A DNA stretch of 64,000 bases, from the NCBI RefSeq assembly GCF_009914755.1, contig NC_060934.1. The stretch is one strand, 5' to 3'. This DNA is from the human T2T-CHM13v2.0 reference genome, Homo sapiens. The first letter of the stretch is position 1; each line of letters opens with the position of its first letter. Both the position numbers and the translations under genes were made by a program. The notes below the pieces were generated by a model, which saw nothing but the letters and a program-made list of their open reading frames with translations, had not been told where the DNA came from and searched no databases. Shown here piece by piece: positions 11,001 to 23,082 of the stretch.

Positions 11001-14000
11001 TTGCAAGTGGAGATTTCAAGCGATTTGACGCCAATCTTAGACATGGAAATATCTTCATATTAAAAGTACACAGAGTCATTCGTAGAAACTAGTTTGTGAT
11101 GTGTGCCTTCAACTCACAGAGTTTAACCTTTCTTTTCATAGAGCAGTTTGGAAACACTCTATTTGTAAAGTCTGCAAGTGGATATTTGGACCTCTTTGAG
11201 GCCTTCGTTGGAAACGGGATTTCTTCATACAACGCTAGACAGAAGAATTCTCAGTAACTTCTTTGTGTTGTGTGTATTCAACTCACAGAGTTGAACCTTT
11301 CTTTAGAGAGAGCAGAGTTGAAACACTCTGTTTTTGGAATTTGCAAGTGCAGATTTCAAGCGATTCTAGGCCTATGGCAGAAAAGGAAATATCTTCGTAT
11401 AAAAACTACACAGAATCATTCTCAACAACTACTTTGTGATGTGTGCGTTCAACTCACAGAGTTTAAACTTTCTTTTCATAGAGCAGTTTGGAAACACTCT
11501 GTTTGTAAAGCCTGCAAGTGCTTTTTTGGACTTCATTGAGGCCTTCGTTGGAAACGGGATTTCTTCATATAATGCTAGACAGAAGAATTCTCAGTCACTT
11601 CTTTGTGTTGTGTGTATTCAAGTCACACAGTTGAACCTTCCTTTAGACAGAGCAGTTTTGAAAAATTCTTTCTGTGGAATTTGCAAGTGGAGATTTCAAG
11701 CGATTTGAGGCTAATCTTTGAAATGGAAATATCTTCGTGTAAAAACTACACAGAATCATTCTCAGAAACTGCTTTGTCATCTGTGCGTTCAGTTCACAGA
11801 GTTTCACCTTTCTCTTCATAGAGCAGTTTGGAAAGACTCTGTCTGTAAAGTCTGCAAGTGATTAGTTAGACCTCTTTGAGGCCTTCGTTGGAAGCGGGAT
11901 TTCTCATTTACTGCTAGACAGAAGAATTCTCAGTAAATCCTTTGTGTTGTGTGTATTCAACTCACAGAGTGGAACCTTCCTTTATTCAGAGCAGTTTTGA
12001 AACACTCTTTTTGTGGAATTTGCAAGTGGAGATTTCAAGCGATTTGACGCCAATCTTAGACATGGAAATATCTTCATATTAAAAGTACACAGAGTCATTC
12101 GTAGAAACTAGTTTGTGATGTGTGCCTTCAACTCACAGAGTTTAACCTTTCTTTTCATAGAGCAGTTGGGAAACACTCTATTTGTAAAGTCTGCAAGTGG
12201 ATATTTGGACCTCTTTGAGGCCTTCGTTGGAAACGGGATTTCTTCATATAACGCTAGACAGAAGAATTCTCAGTAACTTCTTTGTGTTGTGTGTATTCAA
12301 CTCACAGAGTTGAACCTTTCTTTAGAGGGAGCAGAGGTGAAACAGTCTTTTTGTGGAATTTGCTAGTGTAGATTTCAAACGCTTCGAAGTCAGTGATAGA
12401 AAAGGATATATCTTCGTATTAAAAGTAGACAAAATCATTCTCAGAAAACTCTTTGTGATGTGTGTGTTCAACTCACAGAGTTTAACCTTTCTTTAATCGA
12501 GCAGTTTGGAAATACACTCTTTGTAAGTCTGCAGGTGGATATTTGGCCCTCTTTGAGCCCTTCTTTGGAAACGGGATTTCCTCTTATAATGCTAGACAGA
12601 AGAATTCTCAGTAACTTCTCTGTGTTGTTTGTATTCAACACACAGATTTGAACCTTCCTTTAGAGAGAGCAGATTTGAAACACTCTGTTTTTGGAATTTG
12701 CAAGTGCAGATTTCAAGCACTTCTAGGCCTAGGGCAGAAAAGGAAATATCTTCGTATAAAAACTACACAGAATCATTCTCAACAACTACTTTGTGATGTG
12801 TGCGTTCAACTCACAGAGTTTAACCTTTCTTTTCATAGAGCAGTTTGGAAACACTCTGTTTGTAAAGCCTGCAAGTGCTTTTTTGGACTTCATTGAGGCC
12901 TTCGTTGGAAACGGGATTTCTTCATACAACGCTAGACAGAAGAATTCTCAGTAACTTCTTTGTGTTGTGTGTATTCAACTCACAGAGTTGAACCTTTCTT
13001 TAGAGAGAGCAGAGTTGAAACACTCTGTTTTTGGAATTTGCAAGTGCAGATTTCAAGCGATTCTAGGCCTATGGCAGAAAAGTAAATATCTTCGTATAAA
13101 AACTACACAGAATCATTCTCAACAACTACTTTGTGATGTGTGCGTTCAACTCACAGAGTTTAACCTTTCTTTTCATAGAGCAGTTTGGAAACACTCTGTT
13201 TGTAAAGCCTGCAAGTGCTTTTTTGGACTTCATTGAGGCCTTCGTTGGAAACGGGATTTCTTCATATAATGCTAGACAGAAGAATTCTCAGTCACTTCTT
13301 TGTGTTGTGTGTATTCAAGTCACAGAGTTGAACCTTCCTTTAGACAGAGCAGTTTTGAAAAATTCTTTCTGTGGAGTTTGCAAGTGGAGATTTCCAGCGA
13401 TTTGAGGCTAATCTTTGAAATGGAAATATCTTCGTGTAAAAACTACACAGAATCATTCTCAGAAACTGCTTTGTTATCTGTGCGTTCAGTTCACAGAGTT
13501 TCACCTTTCTCTTCATAGAGCAGTTTGGAAAGACTCTGTCTGTAAAGTCTGCAAGTGATTAGTTAGACCCCTTTGAGGCCTTCGTTGGAAGCGGGATTTC
13601 TCATTTACTGCTAGACAGAAGAATTCTCAGTAAATCCTTTGTGTTGTGTGTATTCAACTCACAGAGTGGAACCTTCCTTTATTCAGAGCAGTTTTGAAAA
13701 ACACTTTTTGTGGAATTTGCAAGTGGAGATTTCAAGCGATTTGACGCCAATCTTAGACATGGAAATATCTTCATATTAAAAGTACACAGAGTCATTCGTA
13801 GAAACTAGTTTGTGATGTGTGCCTTCAACTCACAGAGTTTAACCTTTCTTTTCATAGAGCAGTTTGGAAACACTCTATTTGTAAAGTCTGCAAGTGGATA
13901 TTTGGACCTCTTTGAGGCCTTCGTTGGAAACAGGATTTCTTCATACAACGCTAGACAGAAGAATTCTCAGTAACTTCTTTGTGTTGTGTGTATTCAACTC

Positions 14001-16974
14001 ACAGAGTTGAACCTTTCTTTAGAGAGAGCAGAGTTGAAACACTCTGTTTTTGGAATTTGCAACTGCAGATTTCAAGCGATTCTAGGCCTGTGGCAGAAAA
14101 GGAAATATCTTCGTATAAAAACTACACAGAATCATTCTCAACAACTACTTTGTGATGTGTGCGTTCAACTCACAGAGTTTAACCTTTCTTTTCATAGAGC
14201 AGTTTGGAAACACTCTGTTTGTAAAGCCTGCAAGTGCTTTTTTGGACTTCATTGAGGCCTTCGTTGGAAACGGGATTTCTTCATATAATGCTAGACAGAA
14301 GAATTCTCAGTCACTTCTTTGTGTTGTGTGTATTCAAGTCACAGAGTTGAACCTTCCTTTAGACAGAGCAGTTTTGAAAAATTCTTTCTGTGGAGTTTGC
14401 AAGTGGAGATTTCAAGCGATTTGAGGCTAATCTTTGAAATGGAAATATCTTCGTGTAAAAACTACACAGAATCATTCTCAGAAACTGCTTTGTCATCTGT
14501 GCGTTCAGTTCACAGAGTTTCACCTTTCTCTTCATAGAGCAGTTTGGAAAGACTCTGTCTGTAAAGTCTGCAAGTGATTAGTTAGACCCCTTTGAGGCCT
14601 TCGTTGGAAGCGGGATTTCTCATTTACTGCTAGACAGAAGAATTCTCAGTAAATCCTTTGTGTTGTGTGTATTCAACTCACAGAGTGGAACCTTCCTTTA
14701 TTCAGAGCAGTTTTGAAAAACACTTTTTGTGGAATTTGCAAGTGGAGATTTCAAGCGATTTGACGCCAATCTTAGACATGGAAATATCTTCATATTAAAA
14801 GTACACAGAGTCATTCGTAGAAACTAGTTTGTGATGTGTGCCTTCAACTCACAGAGTTTAACCTTTCTTTTCATAGAGCAGTTTGGAAACACTCTATTTG
14901 TAAAGTCTGCAAGTGGATATTTGGACCTCTTTGAGGCCTTCGTTGGAAACGGGATTTCTTCATACAACGCTAGACAGAAGAATTCTCAGTAACTTCTTTG
15001 TGTTGTGTGTATTCAACTCACAGAGTTGAACCTTTCTTTAGAGAGAGCAGAGTTGAAACACTCTGTTTTTGGAATTTGCAACTGCAGATTTCAAGCGCTT
15101 CTAGGCCTATGGCAGAAAAGGAAATATCTTCGTTTAAAAACTACACAGAATCATTCTCAACAACTACTTTGTGATGTGTGCGTTCAACTCACAGAGTTTA
15201 ACCTTTCTTTTCATAGAGCAGTTTGGAAACACTCTGTTTGTAAAGCCTGCAAGTGCTTTTTTGGACTTCATTGAGGCCTTCGTTGGAAACGGGATTTCTT
15301 CATATAATGCTAGACAGAAGAATTCTCAGTCACTTCTTTGTGTTGTGTGTATTCAAGTCACACAGTTGAACCTTCCTTTAGACAGAGCAGTTTTGAAAAA
15401 TTCTTTCTGTGGAGTTTGCAAGTGGAGATTTCAAGCGATTTGAGGCTAATCTTTGAAATGGAAATATCTTCGTGTAAAAACTACACAGAATCATTCTCAG
15501 AAACTGCTTTGTCATCTGTGCGTTCAGTTCACAGAGTTTCACCTTTCTCTTCATAGAGCAGTTTGGAAAGACTCTGTCTGTAAAGTCTGCAAGTGATTAG
15601 TTAGAACCCTTTGAGGCCTTCGTTGGAAGCGGGATTTCTCATTTACTGCTAGACAGAAGAATTCTCAGTAAATCCTTTGTGTTGTGTGTATTAAACTCAC
15701 AGAGTGGAACCTTCCTTTATTCAGAGCAGTTTTGAAACACTCTTTTTGTGGAATTTGCAAGTGGAGATTTCAAGCGATTTGACGCCAATCTTAGACATGG
15801 AAATATCTTCATATTAAAAGTACACAGAGTCATTCGTAGAAACTAGTTTGTGATGTGTGCCTTCAACTCACAGAGTTTAACCTTTCTTTTCATAGAGCAG
15901 TTCGGAAACACTCTATTTGTAAAGTCTGCAAGTGGATATTTGGACCTCTTTGAGGCCTTCGTTGGAAACGGGATTTCTTCATATAACGCTAGACAGAAGA
16001 ATTCTCAGTAACTTCTTTGTGTTGTGTGTATTCAACTCACAGAGTTGAACCTTTCTTTAGAGGGAGCAGAGGTGAAACAGTCTTTTTGTGGAATTTGCTA
16101 GTGTAGATTTCAAACGCTTCGAAGTCAGTGATAGAAAAGGATATATCTTCGTATTAAAAGTAGACAAAATCATTCTCAGAAAACTCTTTGTGATGTGTGT
16201 GTTCAACTCACAGAGTTTAACCTTTCTTTAATCGAGCAGTTTGGAAATACACTCTTTGTAAGTCTGCAGGTGGATATTTGGCCCTGTTTGAGCCCTTCTT
16301 TGGAAACGGGATTTCCTCTTATAATGCTAGACAGAAGAATTCTCAGTAACTTCTCTGTGTTGTTTGTATTCAACACACAGATTTGAACCTTCCTTTAGAG
16401 AGAGCAGATTTGAAACACTCTGTTTTTGGAATTTGCAAGTGCAGATTTCAAGCGCTTCTAGGCCTATGGCAGAAAAGGAAATATCTTCGTATAAAAACTA
16501 CACAGAATCATTCTCAACAACTACTTTGTGATGTGTGCGTTCAACTCACAGAGTTTAACCTTTCTTTTCATAGAGCAGTTTGGAAACACTCTGTTTGTAA
16601 AGCCTGCAAGTGCTTTTTTGGACTTCATTGAGGCCTTCGTTGGAAACGGGATTTCTTCATACAACGCTAGACAGAAGAATTCTCAGTAACTTCTTTGTGT
16701 TGTGTGTATTCAACTCACAGAGTTGAACCTTTCTTTAGAGAGAGCAGAGTTGAAACACTCTGTTTTTGGAATTTGCAAGTGCAGATTTCAAGCGATTCTA
16801 GGCCTATGGCAGAAAAGGAAATATCTTCGTATAAAAACTACACAGAATCATTCTCAACAACTACTTTGTGATGTGTGCGTTCAACTCACAGAGTTTAACC
16901 TTTCTTTTCATAGAGCAGTTTGGAAACACTCTGTTTGTAAAGCCTGCAAGTGCTTTTTTGGACTTCATTGAGGC

Positions 16975-18331
16975 CTTCGTTGGAAACGGGATTTCTTCAT
17001 ATAATGCTAGACAGAAGAATTCTCAGTCACTTCTTTGTGTTGTGTGTATTCAAGTCACAGAATTGAACCTTCCTTTAGACAGAGCAGTTTTGAAAAATTC
17101 TTTCTGTGTAATTTGCAAGTGGAGATTTCAAGCGATTTGAGGCTAATCTTTGAAATGGAAATATCTTCGTGTAAAAACTACACAGAATCATTCTCAGAAA
17201 CTGCTTTGTCATCTGTGCGTTCAGTTCACAGAGTTTCACCTTTCTCTTCATAGAGCAGTTTGGAAAGACTCTGTCTGTAAAGTCTGCAAGTGATTAGTTA
17301 GAACCCTTTGAGGCCTTCGTTGGAAGCGGGATTTCTCATTTACTGCTAGACAGAAGAATTCTCAGTAAATCCTTTGTGTTGTGTGTATTCAACTCACAGA
17401 GTGGAACCTTCCTTTATTCAGAGCAGTTTTGAAACACTCTTTTTGTGGAATTTGCAAGTGGAGATTTCAAGCGATTTGACGCCAATCTTAGACATGGAAA
17501 TATCTTCATATTAAAAGTACACAGAGTCATTCGTAGAAACTAGTTTGTGATGTGTGCCTTCAAGTCACAGAGTTTAACCTTTCTTTTCATAGAGCAGTTG
17601 GGAAACACTCTATTTGTAAAGTCTGCAAGTGGATATTTGGACCTCTTTGAGGCCTTCGTTGGAAACGGGATTTCTTCATATAACGCTAGACAGAAGAATT
17701 CTCAGTAACTTCTTTGTGTTGTGTGTATTCAACTCACAGAGTTGAACCTTTCTTTAGAGGGAGCAGAGGTGAAACACTCTTTTTGTGGAATTTGCTAGTG
17801 TAGATTTCAAACGCTTCGAAGACAGTGATAGAAAAGGATATATCTTCGTATTAAAAGTAGACAAAATCATTCTCAGAAAACTCTTTGTGATGTGTGTGTT
17901 CAACTCACAGAGTTTAACCTTTCTTTAATCGAGCAGTTTGGAAATACACTCTTTGTAAGTCTGCAGGTGGATATTTGGCCCTCTTTGAGCCCTTCGTTGG
18001 AAACGGGATTTCCTCATATAATGCTAGACAGAAGAATTCTCAGTAACTTCTTTGTGTTGTTTGTATTCAACACACAGATTTGAACCTTCCTTTAGAGAGA
18101 GCAGATTTGAAACACTCTGTTTTTGGAATTTGCAAGTGCAGATTTCAAGCGATTCTAGGCCGATGGCAGAAAAGGAAATATCTTCGTATAAAAACTACAC
18201 AGAATCATTCTCAACAACTACTTTGTGATGTGTGCGTTCAACTCACAGAGGTTAACCTTTCTTTTCATAGAGCAGTTTGGAAACACTCTGTTTGTAAAGC
18301 CTGCAAGTGCTTTTTTGGACTTCATTGAGGC
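16975..18331 (+). repeat. 8-mer HOR ABCD (1357 bp; 8 copies: 16975, 24102, 41076, 42433, 45487, 48541, 52955, 60424)
   Basis: Spacing is 1357 = 340+339+338+340, and D runs directly into A. This is the simplest unit without a hybrid dimer and is the presumed canonical HOR. Confidence 0.92.
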
Positions 18332-21047
18332 CTTCGTTGGAAACGGGATTTCTTCATATATTGCTAGACAGAAGAATTCTCAGTCACTTCTTTGTGTTGT
18401 GTGTATTCAAGTCACAGAGTTGAACCTTCCTTTAGACAGAGCAGTTTTGAAAAATTCTTTCTGTGGAGTTTGCAAGTGGAGATTTCAAGCGATTTGAGGC
18501 TAATCTTTGAAATGGAAATATCTTCGTGTAAAAACTACACAGAATCATTCTCAGAAACTGCTTTGTCATCTGTGCGTTCAGTTCACAGAGTTTCACCTTT
18601 CTCTTCATAGAGCAGTTTGGAAAGACTCTGTCTGTAAAGTCTGCAAGTGATTAGTTAGACCCCTTTGAGGCCTTCGTTGGAAGTGGGATTTCTCATTTAC
18701 TGCTAGACAGAAGAATTCTCAGTAAATCCTTTGTGTTGTGTGTATTCAACTCACAGAGTGGAACCTTCCTTTATTCAGAGCAGTTTTGAAAAACACTTTT
18801 TGTGGAATTTGCAAGTGGAGATTTCAAGCGATTTGACGCCAATCTTAGACATGGAAATATCTTCATATTAAAAGTACACAGAGTCATTCGTAGAAACTAG
18901 TTTGTGATGTGTGCCTTCAACTCACAGAGTTTAACCTTTCTTTTCATAGAGCAGTTTGGAAACACTCTATTTGTAAAGTCTGCAAGTGGATATTTGGACC
19001 TCTTTGAGGCCTTCGTTGGAAACGGGATTTCTTCATACAACGCTAGACAGAAGAATTCTCAGTAACTTCTTTGTGTTGTGTGTATTCAACTCACAGAGTT
19101 GAACCTTTCTTTAGAGGGAGCAGAGGTGAAACACTCTTTTTGTGGAATTTGCTAGTGTAGATTTCAAACGCTTCGAAGACAGTGATAGAAAAGGATATAT
19201 CTTCGTATTAAAAGTAGACAAAATCATTCTCAGAAAACTCTTTGTGATGTGTGTGTTCAACTCACAGAGTTTAACCTTTCTTTAATCGAGCAGTTTGGAA
19301 ATACACTCTTTGTAAGTCTGCAGGTGGATATTTGGCCCTCTTTGAGCCCTTCGTTGGAAACGGGATTTCCTCATATAATGCTAGACAGAAGAATTCTCAG
19401 TAACTTCTTTGTGTTGTTTGTATTCAACACACAGATTTGAACCTTCCTTTAGAGAGAGCAGATTTGAAACACTCTGTTTTTGGAATTTGCAAGTGCAGAT
19501 TTCAAGCGCTTCTAGGCCTATGGCAGAAAAGGAAATATCTTCGTATAAAAACTACACAGAATCATTCTCAACAACTACTTTGTGATGTGTGCGTTCAACT
19601 CACAGAGGTTAACCTTTCTTTTCATAGAGCAGTTTGGAAACACTCTGTTTGTAAAGCCTGCAAGTGCTTTTTTGGACTTCATTGAGGCCTTCGTTGGAAA
19701 CGGGATTTCTTCATACAACGCTAGACAGAAGAATTCTCAGTAACTTCTTTGTGTTGTGTGTATTCAACTCACAGAGTTGAACCATTCTTTAGAGAGAACA
19801 GAGTTGAAACACTCTGTTTTTGGAATTTGCAAGTGCAGATTTCAAGCGATTCTAGGCCTATGGCAGAAAAGGAAATATCTTCGTATAAAAACTACACAGA
19901 ATCATTCTCAACAACTGCTTTGTGATGTGTGCGTTCAACTCACAGAGTTTAACCTTTCTTTTCATAGAGCAGTTTGGAAACACTCTGTTTGTAAAGCCTG
20001 CAAGTGCTTTTTTGGACTTCATTGAGGCCTTCGTTGGAAACGGGATTTCTTCATATAATGCTAGACAGAAGAATTCTCAGTCACTTCTTTGTGTTGTGTG
20101 TATTCAAGTCACAGAGTTGAACCTTCCTTTAGACAGAGCAGTTTTGAAAAATTCTTTCTGTGGAGTTTGCAAGTGGAGATTTCAAGCGATTTGAGGCTAA
20201 TCTTTGAAATGGAAATATCTTCGTGTAAAAACTACACAGAATCATTCTCAGAAACTGGTTTGTCATCTGTGCGTTCAGTTCACAGAGTTTCACCTTTCTC
20301 TTCATAGAGCAGTTTGGAAAGACTCTGTCTGTAAAGTCTGCAAGTGATTAGTTAGACCCCTTTGAGGCCTTCGTTGGAAGCGGGATTTCTCATTTACTGC
20401 TAGACAGAAGAATTCTCAGTAAATCCTTTGTGTTGTGTGTATTCAACTCACAGAGTGGAACCTTCCTTTATTCAGAGCAGTTTTGAAAAACACTTTTTGT
20501 GGAATTTGCAAGTGGAGATTTCAAGCGATTTGACGTCAATCTTAGACATGGAAATATCTTCATATTAAAAGTACACAGAGTCATTCGTAGAAACTAGTTT
20601 GTGATGTGTGCCTTCAACTCACAGAGTTTAACCTTTCTTTTCATAGAGCAGTTTGGAAACACTCTATTTGTAAAGTCTGCAAGTGGATATTTGGACCTCT
20701 TTGAGGCCTTCGTTGGAAACGGGATTTCTTCATACAACGCTAGACAGAAGAATTCTCAGTAACTTCTTTGTGTTGTGTGTATTCAACTCACAGAGTTGAA
20801 CCTTTCTTTAGAGAGAGCAGAGTTGAAACACTCTGTTTTTGGAATTTGCAAGTGCAGATTTCAAGCGATTCTAGGCCTATGGCAGAAAAGGAAATATCTT
20901 CGTATAAAAACTACACAGAATCATTCTCAACAACTACTTTGTGATGTGTGCGTTCAACTCACAGAGTTTAACCTTTCTTTTCATAGAGCAGTTTGGAAAC
21001 ACTCTGTTTGTAAAGCCTGCAAGTGCTTTTTTGGACTTCATTGAGGC

Positions 21048-23082
21048 CTTCGTTGGAAACGGGATTTCTTCATATAATGCTAAACAGAAGAATTCTCAGT
21101 CACTTCTTTGTGTTGTGTGTATTCAAGTCACAGAGTTGAACCTTCCTTTAGACAGAGCAGTTTTGAAAAATTCTTTCTGTGGAATTTGCAAGTGGAGATT
21201 TCAAGCGATTTGAGGCTAATCTTTGAAATGGAAATATCTTCGTGTAAAAACTACACAGAATCATTCTCAGAAACTGCTTTGTCATCTGTGCGTTCAGTTC
21301 ACAGAGTTTCACCTTTCTCTTCATAGAGCAGTTTGGAAAGACTCTGTCTGTAAAGTCTGCAAGTGATTAGTTAGACCTCTTTGAGGCCTTCGTTGGAAGC
21401 GGGATTACTCATTTACTGCTAGACAGAAGAATTCTCAGTAAATCCTTTGTGTTGTGTGTATTCAACTCACAGAGTGGAACCTTCCTTTATTCAGAGCAGT
21501 TTTGAAACACTCTTTTTGTGGAATTTGCAAGTGGAGATTTCAAGCGATTTGACGCCAATCTTAGACATGGAAATATCTTCATATTAAAAGTACACAGAGT
21601 CATTCGTAGAAACTAGTTTGTGATGTGTGCCTTCAACTCACAGAGTTTAACCTTTCTTTTCATAGAGCAGTTGGGAAACACTCTATTTGTAAAGTCTGCA
21701 AGTGGATATTTGGACCTCTTTGAGGCCTTCGTTGGAAACGGGATTTCTTCATATAACGCTAGACAGAAGAATTCTCAGTAACTTCTTTGTGTTGTGTGTA
21801 TTCAACTCACAGAGTTGAACATTTCTTTAGAGGGAGCAGAGGTGAAACAGTCTTTTTGTGGAATTTGCTAGTGTAGATTTCAAACGCTTCGAAGTCAGTG
21901 ATAGAAAAGGATATATCTTCGTATTAAAAGTAGACAAAATCATTCTCAGAAAACTCTTTGTGATGTGTGTGTTCAACTCACAGAGTTTAACCTTTCTTTA
22001 ATCGAGCAGTTTGGAAATACACTCTTTGTAAGTCTGCAGGTGGATATTTGGCCCTCTTTGAGCCCTTCTTTGGAAACGGGATTTCCTCTTATAATGCTAG
22101 ACAGAAGAATTCTCAGTAACTTCTCTGTGTTGTTTGTATTCAACACACAGATTTGAACCTTCCTTTAGAGAGAGCAGATTTGAAACACTCTGTTATTGGA
22201 ATTTGCAAGTGCAGATTTCAAGCACTTCTAGGCCTATGGCAGAAAAGGAAATATCTTCGTATAAAAACTACACAGAATCATTCTCAACAACTACTTTGTG
22301 ATGTGTGCGTTCAACTCACAGAGTTTAACCTTTCTTTTCATAGAGCAGTTTGGAAACACTCTGTTTGTAAAGCCTGCAAGTGCTTTTTTGGACTTCATTG
22401 AGGTCTTCGTTGGAAACGGGATTTCTTCATACAATGCTAGACAGAAGAATTCTCAGTAACTTCTTTGTGTTGTGTGTATTCAACTCACAGAGTTGAACCT
22501 TTCTTTAGAGGGAGCAGAGGTGAAACACTCTTTTTGTGGAATTTGCTAGTGTAGATTTCAAACGCTTCGAAGACAGTGATAGAAAAGGATATATCTTCGT
22601 ATTAAAAGTAGACAAAATCATTCTCAGAAAACTCTTTGTGATGTGTGTGTTCAACTCACAGAGTTTAACCTTTCTTTAATCGAGCAGTTTGGAAATACAC
22701 TCTTTGTAAGTCTGCAGGTGGATATTTGGTCCTCTTTGAGCCCTTCGTTGGAAACGGGATTTCCTCATATAATGCTAGACAGAAGAATTCTCAGTAACTT
22801 CTTTGTGTTGTGTGTATTCAACTCACAGAGTTGAACCTTTCTTTAGAGTGAACAGAGTTGAAACACTCTGTTTTTGGAATTTACAAGTGCAGATTTCAAG
22901 CGATTCTAGGCCTATGGCAGAAAAGGAAATATCTTCGTATAAAAACTACACAGAATCATTCTCAACAACTACTTTGTGATGTGTGCGTTCAACTCACAGA
23001 GTTTAACCTTTCTTTTCATAGAGCAGTTTGGAAACACTCTGTTTGTAAAGCCTGCAAGTGCTTTTTTGGACTTCATTGAGGC
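21048..23082 (+). repeat. 12-mer HOR variant ABCDC(D/E) (2035 bp)
   Basis: C dimers at 21727 and 22405. The last dimer (22743) starts as D (TTTCCTCATATAATGC) and continues as E (GTGTGTATTCAACTCACAGAGTTG). Confidence 0.9.
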
